In this document: in pieces, positions 14,045-27,005 of the stretch
Layout of the letters: the number at the start of each line of letters is the position of its first letter
How positions within the stretch are numbered: position 1 is the first letter of the stretch
Assembly (NCBI GenBank): GCA_951406725.2
Contig: OX597816.1
Coordinates: 138,322,001-138,386,000 of the forward strand
Source of the DNA: Octopus vulgaris
Taxonomy: Eukaryota
Direction of reading: 5' to 3'
DNA: 64,000 nucleotides
The notes under the pieces: generated by a model
Database searches by the model: none
The model's input: the letters and a program-made list of their open reading frames with translations, nothing else
What the model was told of the DNA's origin: nothing
Program-made: the position numbers and the translations under genes

Positions 14045-15001
14045 TGATGTAATATTAGTAGGAAAAGGAGGAGGATGAAACAATAAGTATTTAAATTATA
14101 TTCCTTTACATTTACACTAACGTCTTTTGTTTCATGTTACCTTATTCCAGAAAGAATTTCCATTACCTCTACTATGTTATGGCTTAACTATTTAAGAGAG
14201 ATGGACGACATGTACACCTGACAAAACATCATTCAAGACTACATTCTAATTATACAGTTACTATTAAGTTCACTTTTCTAACAAATTACTTCTGTTATCC
14301 GGATAATAATAAATACTCTTTTACATTATACATATTAAATTACATTTATGCAACATTTACAAGAAATATTTCATTTTCCCCTAATTCTAAATAAACCAAC
14401 AATTAATCTCATTCTTGTAATAAAAGAAAAAACTACGATACGTAATTCCTTAATTTTGGTCTATTACGAGACAGATTCTATGTGAATTGGTTGATTCCTT
14501 TGGAAAAAAAAGGAAAAGGGAAGAACGCAGCTCAAATTAAGATAGAAATGGTGCCAGTTCTCCTATTGATAACCATATTCTGATTCACCAAAGACGTCTG
14601 TTCTAAAAAATACGCAAGCTAAATTGATTAATAATTGAATATATTAATACAATCAACATGTAATTAAAATCAAACCAACAATCTTCTTTTAATCTGAACG
14701 TTTTATCAATGAGAACAAAACAAAGAGTCTAAACCTATTAGTTCACCATGTTTTCTAGTTTAATATTTAATCGATCAGCGTATTCATTAATTAATCCCCA
14801 ACGGTAACGAAAAAAATAAACAAAGAAAACAATAAATGTTTCAATTATTTTAAATCTTGATAAAATAAACGTTCCGAACCTCCTGAAGACAACATCGACG
14901 ACAATAAGACTCCACCACATGAGGTCGAACTACCTTAAGTAGTGCTGTTGTAGTAGAGACGATACTACTCAATAGAATCGGATACTGTTTCGATACATGC
15001 T

Positions 15002-15063
15002 TCAGAAATATTCGCTAAATGCATCGTCTTCGTGGTAAAAGTCATCTGATGTGTACACAGATA
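15002..15063 (-). CDS. Candidate terminal coding exon (xSVYTSDDFYHEDDAFSEYF*)
   Basis: Acceptor TTTTTCCTATTCAATAG at 15064; 20 codons to TGA; followed by about 900 nt of unique, U-rich (minus strand) 3'UTR-like sequence. Confidence 0.35.
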
Positions 15064-15266
15064 CTATTGAATAGGAAAAATTATAACATTTACAGTCATT
15101 AAAATCTGGCTCAGCAGAGTATCACTCATTATGACGTAATAATAATTATGGAAGACTGACTTATGAAGTTACGAAGTTTTATTAGCATACATACATACAT
15201 ACACACTCACACACACACATACATACATACATACATATATATATATATATGTGTGTGTATATATAA

Positions 15267-15379
<113 letters not shown>

Positions 15380-15461
15380 CACACACACATATATACTAAT
15401 GCATCTGTATGTTGTCTACACCACCTGTTTTCGTCTTTTGCTTTTTTGTGAATTCTCCCTG

Positions 15462-15546
<85 letters not shown>

Positions 15547-15566
15547 ATGTATGTATGCATATATAT

Positions 15567-15768
15567 ACTCTTTTACTTGTTTCAGTCATTTTACTGCGGC
15601 CATACTGTAGCACCGCCTTTAGTCGAGCAAATCGACCCTGGGACTTATTCTTTGTAATCCCAGTACTTATTTTATCGGTCTCTTTTGCCGAACCGCTAAG
15701 TGACGGGGACATAAACACACCAGCATCCGTTGTCATGTAATACTAGGGGGACAAACACAGACATACAA

Positions 15769-15799
<31 letters not shown>

Positions 15800-15960
15800 C
15801 GATAGGCTTCTTTCAGTTTCCGTCTACCAAATCCACTCACAAGGCATTGGTCGGCCCGGGGCTATAACAGAAGACACTTGCCTAAGATGCCACGCAGTGG
15901 GACTGAACCCGGAACCATGTGGTAGGTTAGCAAGCTATTTACCACAAAGCCACTCCTGCG

Positions 15961-15962
<2 letters not shown>
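15567..15962 (-). mobile_element. Full-length tRNA-derived SINE (family A)
   Basis: Head GGCGCAGGAGTGGCT...GGTTCAGTCCC, internal (TA)n(TG)n, 3' tail GACTGAAACAAGTAAAAGAG. Confidence 0.9.
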
Positions 15963-16027
<65 letters not shown>

Positions 16028-16075
16028 GAGAGAGAGAGATGTACATAGCTATACATACATACATACATACATACA

Positions 16076-16137
<62 letters not shown>

Positions 16138-16158
16138 AATATATATATATATATATAA

Positions 16159-16189
<31 letters not shown>

Positions 16190-16206
16190 TATGTTTATAT
16201 ATATAT

Positions 16207-16257
<51 letters not shown>

Positions 16258-16293
16258 TGTACATAGTTATATATACATACATACATACATACA

Positions 16294-16329
<36 letters not shown>

Positions 16330-16592
16330 TATGTATGTATATATATATGTGTATATATATAAATATATATATATATATATAAATATATATGTATATATTT
16401 ATATATATATATTTATGTTTTTATATATAAAGTTAATCGTCGCATCAGAACGGCTGTCCCGTGTTCCAACTAGTTTACCTCCAGACAGTTCTTCCGCCAG
16501 CTAGTTATCAGTGCGGCGCTGCACCCTGTATATAAAGTATACATTGCTAACAGGGGGACAGAACCCCTACCATCCTCTAGCAGACAACGGTA

Positions 16593-16641
16593 TCGCAAGA
16601 ATGACTCAGTTTCGAGATGGTTGTTTTATCATCAGTCGCGA
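16593..16641 (-). ncRNA. Degenerate type-I hammerhead ribozyme motif
   Basis: Minus: TCGCGA CTGATGA T AAAA CAACCA TCTC GAAAC TGAGTCA TTC TTGCGA; 6-bp stem I, CUGAUGA and GAAA intact; stem II and position 16.2 mutated. Confidence 0.6.
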
Positions 16642-16765
16642 GTACCTGGTCCAGTGTTCGCTCCAGCCAACGATATATTGTAAACAAAGCGACCATCGGT
16701 CACTGATTTGCAACAAACAAATTAGCCAGTCGTAAAATCCCAAGAAGAGATCGAGGTAGTAACTA

Positions 16766-18036
16766 CGAGGGGCGTTCAATAAGTAATGCCCCTGACCCAC
16801 TTCCCATAGCAGTAGAGTAACGAAACTTGGCACAGGTATTAGTCTTTTTCAGCATAGGAACAACCCATAGTTACGCATTTCTCCCATCGTTTGATGCAGC
16901 TCTGGAGACCGTTTTCGTAGAAGACCCCAGCTTAGTCCTCCAACCACGACGTTACTTCAGAAATCAAGGCTGCATCATCTGGGAAACGCTTTCCATTCAA
17001 AAACAACTTCATGGCTGGGAAGAGGTGAAAATCAGAGGGTGCAAGGTCAGGAGAGTAGGGGTATGGGGGAAGAGTTCATAGCCGCACACCTGTGCTTCTG
17101 ATCTGGCGACACGCGAGTTGTGGACCGGAGTGTTGTCCTGCAGGAGGAGGATGCCTTTGCTGATCTTGCCCCGCCTCTTGGTTTTGATAGCTTCTCTTAC
17201 TTTCCTCAAAAGTGAAGCATGATAGGCTCCTGTAATCGTGGTACCCTTTGCCAGCAAATCTGTAATCACTACTCCGTCCTGGTCCCAGAAGACTGTGAGC
17301 ATGACCTTGCCAGCGGAGGGCTGCTCCTTTGCCTACTTTGGAGGAGGTGAGTCATGGTTCTTCCACTGCATTGACTGGGCTTTGGTCTCTGGATCATAGT
17401 GATGGACCCTGGTCTCATCCTGTGTAATCAGTCTTTTGAAAAATTTTGACTCATCTTCTTGGCACATCCCTAAATCCATCCTCGAGCACTCGACGCATTT
17501 TTGCTTCTGGAAAAGTGTGGGCAACCTGGGAATCCATCTGGCAGACACCTTTTGCATATGCAAATGGTCATGAATGATAGTTTCCACAGACCCGGTACTA
17601 ATCTTGACCCCATGGGTTATTTGTCGAATAGTTATGCGTCGATCTTCCAAAATGGCAGCCTCAACTTGACGGACAGATGCCTCATCAATGGCAGAAGGGC
17701 TGCGACCAGATCTGGGAGCTGTTTCCACAGAGTTCCGACCATGTTTGAATTCACGATGCCAGCGTTTTACAAGGTCATATGATGGGGCATCATCACCATA
17801 AGTTACTTTCATTTCATCAAAAGTCTCCTGTGGTGTGCGTCATTTCAAATACAAAAACCGGATCACTGCTCGACACTCAACAGGCTCCATTTCCCACTTG
17901 ACTCATTTCAAACACATGTAAGTCAGAAACCAAAATTAGTTCGGATCTGTAATTTGCCACTTAATCTATAGAGATATAAATAATTGCACATGCAACGGCA
18001 AGTGGGTCAGAGGCATTACTTATTGAACGCTCCTCG
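16766..18036 (-). mobile_element. Full-length mariner transposon (DD34D, irritans-like) with a disrupted transposase
   Basis: TIRs of about 39 bp starting CGAGGGGCGTTCAATAAGTAATGCC, TA on both sides, 1271 bp; WIPRL, QDET, QDN and YSPDLAPSDF motifs across frameshifted ORFs 17333-17812 and 17009-17302. Confidence 0.95.
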
Positions 18037-18145
18037 TATATTTAATCGCCACATCAAAGTGACTGTTGCATTGTACCACTAGTTTAACTCGAGGCAGATC
18101 TTCTGCCGGCCGGTTATCGTTGCGGCGATACACGTATGTGTGTGT

Positions 18146-18183
<38 letters not shown>

Positions 18184-18185
18184 GC

Positions 18186-18248
<63 letters not shown>

Positions 18249-18250
18249 TA

Positions 18251-18324
<74 letters not shown>

Positions 18325-18325
<1 letters not shown>

Positions 18326-18638
18326 TTATGTGAAATAGAAAGATGAATAATCTTGTAGTAGATTAATCAAAAGTTTAACCGATACCTTGGTAGCAAAAAT
18401 CACAGCAGTAAACAGCACGGTTGGAGGTACAACCATATGGTGTTGCAACCGAGCGTTGGTGCGGATAATTGAAATTAAAATATTATTGGTGAATTGAAGA
18501 AATGGAGCTGAACGAAGATTGAACAGAAATCGTTTTATTTCATTCTACACGTGCCTTTCGAAACACGTGTAGAATGAAATAAAACGATTTCTGTTCAATC
18601 TTCGTTCAGCTCCATTTCTTCAATTCACCAATAATATT
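18325..18638. mobile_element. Short element in a (TA)n tract with a perfect 75-bp fold-back hairpin
   Basis: Arms 18479-18553 and 18564-18638, loop CCTTTCGAAA; the apex carries the hammerhead half-site CGAAACACGTGTA. Confidence 0.75.
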
Positions 18639-18661
18639 ATATATACATATATATATATACT

Positions 18662-18703
<42 letters not shown>

Positions 18704-18824
18704 ATTTAGATTCAGATGAATATGGTACTTAAGTTGAGTCACCAGAATTTAGTATGGTATTATCCTTACAATTTCAAAGTAAGGTGATTAAAATCAAAAT
18801 ACGCAACAAGGATATCTAGAGGTA

Positions 18825-18913
18825 ATGCAATACGATCGTTTCATGCAACTCCATTTAATTGAACAATGAAATCATTATATCAATTTAAAATGCAGAGCAA
18901 TCCTCAGTTGCAC
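18825..18913 (-). ncRNA. Type-I hammerhead ribozyme (CUGAGGA core)
   Basis: Minus: GTGCAA CTGAGGA TTGC[long stem-loop]GCAT GAAAC GATC GTA TTGCAT; 6-bp stem I, palindromic ACGATCGT stem III, U-U at 10.1/11.1; predicted cut between 18831 and 18830. Confidence 0.75.
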
Positions 18914-19064
18914 AATGACATAGAATTTAATTAAATTAGAACAAATGGAAACATTAGTATAATTATACGTAAAATCTCCAAGAAGTTAAGGAGATAGACA
19001 AAGAACATACTCTCTCCACTCCAGCATAGAAGTTATTTCTATGCTGGAGTGGAGACAACATATT

Positions 19065-20135
19065 GTTTTCTACTCTTGGCACAAGGCCTGAAATTTGGGG
19101 GGATGGGGCCAATCGATTAAATCGAATCCAGTACTTAACTGGTACTTAATTTATCGACCCCGAAAGATGAAAGACAAAGTCGACCTCGGCGGAATTTGAA
19201 CTCAGAACGTAACGGCAGACGAAATACGGCTACGCATTTTGCCCGGCGTGCTAACGTTTCTGCTAGCTCACCGCCTTAAAGGATAATAACAATAATGGCT
19301 TCAAATTTTGGCATAAGGCCAGCAATTTGGAGGAGAAAAAACGTCGATCAACTGGAAATTATTTCATGATACCCCGAAGAATGAAACACAAGGTCTACCT
19401 CGACAGAATTCGAACTCACATCGTACAAACCCGGAAAAAATATCGGCGTGCTAACGATTCTTATTTTTTATTGCTCACAAGGGGTTAAACATAGAGGGGA
19501 CAAAAGAGGACAGACAAAGGGATGAAGTCAATTACATCGACCCCAGTGCGTAACTGGTACTTATTTATGGACCCCGAAAGGATGAAAGGCAAATTCGACC
19601 TCGGCAGAATTTGAACTCAGAACGTAAAGACAGACGAAATACCTATTTCTTTATTACCCACAAGGGGCTAAACATAGAGGTGACAAACAAGGACAGGCAT
19701 AGGTATTAAGTCGATTACATCGCCCCCAGTGCGGGACTGGTACTTAATTTATCGACCCCGAAATGATGAAAGGCAAAGTCGACCTCGGCGGAATTTGAAC
19801 TCAGAACATAGCGGCAGACGAAATACCTATTTCTTTACTACCCACAAAGGGTTAAACACAGAGAGGACAAACAAGGACAGACAAACGGATTAAGTCGATT
19901 ATATCGACCCCAGTGCGTAACTGGTACTTATTTAATCGACCCCGAAAGGATGAAAGGCAAAGTTGACCTCGGCGGAATTTGAACTGAGAAAGTAAACGGC
20001 AGACGAAATACCGCTAAGCATTTCGCCCGGCATGCTAACGTTTCTGCCAGCTCGCCGCCTTAAAACTGGAATACTTATTTCTTTATGACCCGCGGGGGCC
20101 TAAGATAAATGGAACAAACAAAGACAGACAAGGAC
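19065..20135 (-). repeat. Tandem array of SINE family B
   Basis: Multiple reverse-complement family B units. Confidence 0.85.
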
Positions 20136-20949
20136 CGCCTTCTTAAAACTGAATTATTAAAGCCAGAATGTTTACAAGGAACTCTTAAACTTGAAAAAGT
20201 TGGAATCATGGTATCATAGCTTATTTCTCTTGAAAATAATTTCAAGGGCTCAAAATGTTGTGAAATACTTGATCCCTCTTATAGTCATTCTTCACTCTGC
20301 GGAATTGATCCCCGTAAAGACATCGGAGTCTAAGTTTAAATCATTTAAGCGGTACTAAGTGTCTTCCATATACAGAATCTCTACATCTCATCTGTTGACA
20401 ATATATATTCATTTAGACCTTCTTTTCTTCTTTTAGTTGTTTCAGTCACTTGACTGCGGCCATGCTGGAACACCACCTTGAAAGGTTTTAGTCGAACAAG
20501 TCGACACCAGGACTTCTTTTTTAAGCCTAATACTTATGGTATCAGTCACTGTTGCCGAACCGTTAAGTTACGGGGGTCGTAAACACACCAACACCAGTTG
20601 TCAAACGGTAACGGGGGTAGGGGCAAATACGAAGACAAATATATATATATATGGCTGCACCTCTCCTACCTACGGATCACTGGGGACTCAACTCTTGATG
20701 AAGAATCCTTGCAATACACCACGACGTCAAAAACCCTTTGAACTTTACGTAAAACTGTTATTATTATCATTACTTTCTTTATACTTTCGAAACTTTCCTG
20801 TATTTTCTGGTCTTTCCTTTTGTCGTCTCTTCCTACTCTGGATGTCCTTACTCTGTTTTCTCTAGTCTGCACCCGTTTCTAGTCTCCCCCCGTTTCTTTT
20901 CTCTCTTCATCTTCTCTTCTCCCTTTCTCCCAGTCACCATGATAGATCG

Positions 20950-21176
20950 TTAGTCACTACACACATTTTTCTCTCCTTTATCTCTCTCCTTTTTTTCTCT
21001 CCTTTTTTTCTCTCCTTGTTTCTCTCCTTGTTTTTTTCTGTGTCCCTTTCTGTAGAAAAGCGTAGGCTCGAAACATAAAATACTTTTTCTATTCCTGAGC
21101 GTTATACTAATACATCTGTTTGTTTTGTACACCACCTGTCTTCGTCTTTTGTTTTTTTTTCGTAAACTCTCCCTCA
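20950..21176 (+). mobile_element. Short pyrimidine-rich element ending at (TA)n, with a hammerhead-like motif at 21046-21080; 3' fragment also at 15395-15460
   Basis: CTTT CTGTAGAA AAGC GTAG GCTC GAAAC ATA AAA; tail TACTAATACATCTGTTTG...CTCCCT shared with 15395-15460. Confidence 0.55.
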
Positions 21177-21190
21177 TATATATATATATA

Positions 21191-21400
21191 ATTTTAATCC
21201 AAACGGGAAAACAAAAAAACAACAACAATGGAACAATTACAGTATTATTATTAATAGGCGCTCAGGAAATGGAAGCAGGAAGGTATGACGTTTCGAGCGG
21301 AGCTCTTCGTCGGAAAGATAAAGAAGGAAGAGAGAGGAAAGAAAGATCCCAAAGCGGGCAACAGGAGATAGAGTAAAAAACGACTGGTGTTTACGAGTTA
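21191..21400 (-). mobile_element. Short element with a minimal hammerhead-like motif at 21283-21317; same family as 30620-30802 and 31428-31630
   Basis: Minus CCGACGAA GAGC TCC GCTC GAAAC GTC; tail GTTTGGATTAA runs into (TA)n. Confidence 0.65.
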
Positions 21401-21643
21401 CACATGGTGAAAGGCGGAAGTTTACGATAACAAGAGCAAAGTAGGTTTTTAAAGCCAAAAGAGTGGAGACAAGGTTGGTAACGCAACAGATGTGTGTGTA
21501 TGTGTGAGTGTGTGCGTGTGCGTGTGTGTATGTGTGTGTGTGAGGCGAGATAAAAAAACAAAAAATATATGTATGTGTTAGTGTGTGCGTCTGTGTGTAG
21601 GCGTGTGAGGTAGGGCGAGACAGTAGTAGGCATAGCAGACAAT

Positions 21644-21900
21644 GCAGGGTGCGTAAGATATCTGAGGGTAAATTTAATGATTTATAAAATAAAACAGATA
21701 CATAATAACAGATAATAACTTTATTTATTAAAAAAATACTATGAGGATAAAAATAAACATTCTTTTCAATAAAGTCACCTTCAGCTTCAACAACTGCTTC
21801 TATATGAGATCTAAACCATCTACATACTCGAATCAAGTGGTCCTGGTTCATTTTGGTCATTACTCTGACTATGGCAGCTTTTAAACGCAGGCTATTTTCT
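21644..21900 (-). mobile_element. 3' fragment of a Tc1/mariner (maT-like) transposon
   Basis: Translation LKAAIVRVMTKMNQDHLIRVCRWFRSHIEAVVEAEGDFIE is a typical transposase C-terminus; CAGGGTGCG TIR-like end. Confidence 0.7.
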
Positions 21901-22434
21901 CGCCTCTGTCTTTTCTGGACGCGACGCGTACTTAACTGGATGTCATTTTCTCTCGCCTCCCAACATTTTTTCTCTTCCAATATTTTCTTCTTTTTTATTT
22001 ATTCAACATCCTTTCAGCATTTCTCCCAAGCGTTAGCCATTAAAATGCGTCTTGGCCTAACGGCTTTTAATGTTCATCTTCGTCGATTGTTTACTCGGTA
22101 CGTCCACTCTGTCGTTGTTTGTTCGTTCGAAGCTCTAACTCTCAAAAAATTCTATATTCTAAAAATGTCTTGTTGCTACTGTATTACGAAGTTTTCCTAT
22201 ATTATCGTTGAAAGCTCGAAATAGGGAATAATTAACAGTCAAGAACTGAGGAGGGGTTAGACTTGGTATTTTGTCCCGTACTTGTCTCTCATTGTGTGTT
22301 TACGTATTTTTCACTCGTTGGTGATGTCCTGTTCTTATTATATAGTTTCTGGTAATTCGTCCTGTACTTGATGTATTTTGTGTTTATTTATTTATAATCG
22401 AACGCCACGCAGCCTTCTCCACAGTAAGTTTTTA

Positions 22435-22491
<57 letters not shown>

Positions 22492-22856
22492 TATATAATT
22501 AGGGCTTAGTAAAATAAATTACTTTGCCACATACTGAACTTTCTAGAAATAGCAGCCAAGTTGACGTTCTCAAATGATCTTTGTACTTGTGATATTTTTA
22601 CTGTTTTTACCTCCATATCTTCGTGAGTTATTTTTGAGTAAACATTATCTGAGAGAAGTTTTCTTAAAGTAGTGGAAATGGCTAAAAACCTTTTGGCTGC
22701 TATTTCTAGAAAGTTCAGTATGTGGCAAAGTAATTTATTTTACTAAGCCCTAATTATATACTGTAATATTTTGAATTCGTCTTAAATGGTCCTTTTACAT
22801 ACTGAACACTACTTGGTGAAATTGATTAATAACTAATTAATTTTACCCTCAATTGT

Positions 22857-22860
<4 letters not shown>
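22492..22860. mobile_element. (TA)n-embedded element with a perfect 68-bp inverted repeat and a one-sided 100-bp tail
   Basis: 22492-22559 is the reverse complement of 22693-22760; (TA)n on both sides. Confidence 0.7.
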
Positions 22861-22901
<41 letters not shown>

Positions 22902-22984
22902 GGTCCCGGGTTGAGTCGGGGTTAACCACAGTAAATAAGGTACTCAATACATAGCAGAGTGAATTAATTTATTATATATATATA

Positions 22985-23571
22985 TAACAAAAGGGGTAGT
23001 GTTTCCACGCAGGAAATAATATAGGAAAATGTGTTGTTGAAAATGCACCTGAATTGTTTAAAATACATTTATTTACATATATACCAAACTAGTTTCAACA
23101 ATATTTTTTGTTTATCAATGGTAAAAGTTTAAAATTATGAATTAGAAAAGAACATCTTTAAAAGTTTTAATGTTGACAAATTAAAATGTTTCAATGTTGA
23201 CAAAATAAAATGTTTCACTGTTGACAAATTAACATGTTCAAAACAGATAAATTTAGCATTAGGAATTAGGAGGACAGGTGTAAATTTGACTGTTCATAGC
23301 AGTTAATAATATAAAAACAGTATATCAGTTTGTTTGAATGTACAAAGTTCATTAATTTTAGTGGTGGTCGACAAGTCATACTCAAGAAAAAAAAAAAACA
23401 AACAGAAAAAACAAGGGAGAAATGAAAATAGTAAAAAGAGAGAATTTGGTATACAGTTACTCTGATCCTCTTTCCGTAAACGCTTTCGATTGTAGTGAAA
23501 GCGTCTACGGAAAAATTTTAAGCATTTACGATTTTTTGAAATTTAGGTGCATTTTCAACAACACTCTTCCT
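22985..23571 (-). mobile_element. Microsatellite-flanked element with an inverted segment, a hammerhead motif and a 24-bp internal tandem repeat
   Basis: Inverted repeat 23023-23055 / 23540-23571; three copies of TGTTGACAAATTAAAATGTTTCAA at about 23170-23240. Confidence 0.55.
23083..23122 (-). ncRNA. Minimal hammerhead motif, U3-A8 core variant
   Basis: Minus: ACCA TTGATAA ACAAAAAATATTGTT GAAAC TA GTT TGGT; stem I ACCA/TGGT, palindromic ACTAGT; stem II weak. Confidence 0.5.
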
Positions 23572-23679
23572 CTTGTGTGTGTGTGTGTGTGTGTTTGCGT
23601 GTTTGTGCGCGCGTGTGTATGTATGTGTGCAAAATACAAAATGATATTTATGTAAATGTATATTTATTTTATCTCCCAT

Positions 23680-23908
23680 TTTAGTTGTTTCAGGGTACCA
23701 CCCTGAAGAATTTTAGTCCAACGAATTGACCCCATAACTTGTTTTTCAAGCCTGGTACTTATTCTATTGGACTCATTTGCTGACCGGTCCCTTATGAGGA
23801 CGTAAACACACTAACACCTGTTGTCAAGAGGCATTTGGAAGCAATCACAGACACACATAAATATGTATATGATATATATGTGTATACATATACATGTATT
23901 GGCTTCCA

Positions 23909-23989
<81 letters not shown>

Positions 23990-24585
23990 GTGTGTGTATA
24001 TATATATGTATGTATTTAAATGTATGTATATAAATGTATATAAACGTATATTTATGTGTATTTGTGTATGTATATATATGTGTGTGTGTGTGTGTACGAC
24101 GAGGTTCTTTCAGTTTGCGTCTACCAAATTCATTCACAAGGCTTTGATCGGCCCGAGGATATAGTAGAAGACACTTGCCCAAGGTGGCACGCAATGGGAC
24201 TGAACCCGGAACTATGCGGTGGTTGGGAAGCAAGCTTTTTACAATACAACCATGCCTCTATTCTTTTTTCTTTTACTTGTTTCAATCATTTCAATGCGGC
24301 CATGCTGGAACACCGCTGGAACATGCTGAACCCAAGGACTTATTCTTTGTAAGTTTTGTACTTCCCCTAACGGCCTCTTTTGCCAAACCGTTATGTTTTG
24401 GGGACGTAAACACACCAATATCTTGTCAAGCGATGGTGGAGGACAAACATATATACATAATACATACATATACAAACATACACACACACACACACACACA
24501 CATACAGATATGCATATACACACACGACGGGCTTCTTTCAGGTTCCGTCTACCAAATCCACTCACAAGTCTTTGGTCAGCCGGAC
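23680..24585 (-). mobile_element. Two adjacent diverged SINE family A copies with expanded internal microsatellites
   Basis: Matches to the family A head and tail. Confidence 0.75.
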
Positions 24586-26591
24586 CTAGTCTTTTTCATT
24601 CGCAAAATATCCCCTTCAATTTTGCTTAGATTGCTTTCAACTTTGGTGTATCGATACAACTCTGAATTTTGATTACGATCGACCAATTACTTTATCTCGT
24701 AAATGAAAGAATCTGATGCTATTTGGAATTAAAGTTGGGAAATTTGGGTAACTTTAACCAATCAACTGACAGCGAAGCATTAACAGCTTGTTACCTTGAC
24801 AACCGCACATTGTGTTGTGCTCCACCCGCATGTTGTGTTGATTCTTCACACCACGAGATTTACTTTATCCGCGTATTTTGTTTTAATAAAAATTTACATT
24901 TATCAATTAGAATTTTGTTATAGATATTTTTCACCAACTGTCTTAATGTTTTACATATTTTTCATATATAGCAAAAGTTGTTTGCGATGTTTATACAGCA
25001 TTGTGAAGATGAATGGAATATGTGAACTTAGTATAAATATTTTGACATTATTTTTGAATTCTGAATGCAAAAACATAAAGTACAGGTATTCTTTTTCTTG
25101 GGACAAATTCTTTATTGAACAGTGTTACTCTTATCGTAGTTTTCAAATCCAAGCATTAAAACGTTACTCAACTTTGAAGTTTTGGAGACAGACGCCCATC
25201 TTCACACACACACACATATATTAATAACTTTCACAAATACATGACAGGTAATCATAATACTGAAATACGCATAAAGTAAAAACATGCAGACAAATATATT
25301 AATATTACAAATAGAAACAGTAAGATGATACATAGTGATTTTATTATGTATTTCTATTCATTTAAAAACCTACAATGAAGAGGTCATTTCACAAACGCTA
25401 AACTATAAATTTCACAGGGTACAACCTAAAACTTGACACCGCTCCGCAAAACGAAGAAAATGTCTGTCCCGCTATTGGCTATAAATACACAGTTTTTTAA
25501 ACCTCTGTAACTTTTTCCTCCAATTTTTATCTTCACAACATCATACCTTCAAAGCAACCAGACCAGAAAACTTTATTATTATAGCCGTTACTGTCTTTTA
25601 AAAAACGCATATTTTGCGCATGAAAATAACTAGTCGGCCCGAAGCTATAGTATAAGACACTTGACCAATATGTCACGCAGTGGGACTGAACCCGGAACCA
25701 AGTGGTGGGGAAACAAGCTTCTTACCACACAGCCACTCCTATGCCTATATGTATGTTTATGTTTTCGTGCTTTTGTAAGTCATATCTGTTCCAATATTGT
25801 ATACATGTATATGGTTGTATGTGCGTATATGTTTGCGTGTATGTCTGTGTATACGCACGCTCGTATTTCTGTGTGCGTGCTAGTGTGCATACCTGTTCTT
25901 TATTTCTGTCCATGCCATGCAAGCTTGTGTGTGTTTGTGTGCTTGCGTGTGTGTATGTGTGCGGGCGCCCGTGTGTGTATGTGTATTTGTGTGCGCGCGT
26001 GTGTGTGTGTGTGTGTGTGTGTGTCAGCACGCGCGTTTACATTTGTTCGCATGTCTTTATATGTGTTCTCTTACACGCGTATGTATCTCCGCAATTATAT
26101 CTATGTGTGCGTGTATTTCTTTGCGTTTTTCTGCATGTGTGCGTGTTTTTCTGCGTATTTATTTATATATTGCTATGTGTGTCTGTGTGTGTGGGTGTGA
26201 GTGTTTAATCGCGTGTATGTGAATTTGCCTTTGTGCTCATGGCGTATACGTCCTTGAGTATGTGCGTATGTAGGATGTGCTAACGTTACGATGATTGACA
26301 GACAGGGTGACAATGATGAGGTCAAAGGTGAGTAGTTAGAAGCGATATTTCGGTGAGGAGGCGTCAATACAAGACGATAAACTATAAAACATGCTGGAAG
26401 CAATGGAAGCTATTACGTCAGAGGTAACGGCTGAGAGAATGAGAAAGCGAGAAAGGAACAGAAAGAGGTGTAGGAAGAATGTGAGTGATGGGGAAGAGGG
26501 AAAGGAGAGGGAAGAGAGACGGAAGAGTTTTGGCGGGAACGAAGTCAAAGATATCAGTTGGCTTGACACGAGGGGTTTTAAGGCTGAAAGG

Positions 26592-27005
<414 letters not shown>

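Larger units (their letters stand above)
16433..18133 (-). mobile_element. Hammerhead-containing short element (about 335-bp unit plus partial tandem repeat) interrupted by a mariner
   Basis: Diverged direct repeat 16433-16530 vs 18042-18133; hammerhead motif at 16593-16641; microsatellite flanks. Confidence 0.55.

Noticed and set aside
21237-21980. 247-aa ORF
   Set aside because: Chance fusion of a transposase C-terminal fragment, a (CA)n tract and a non-coding element
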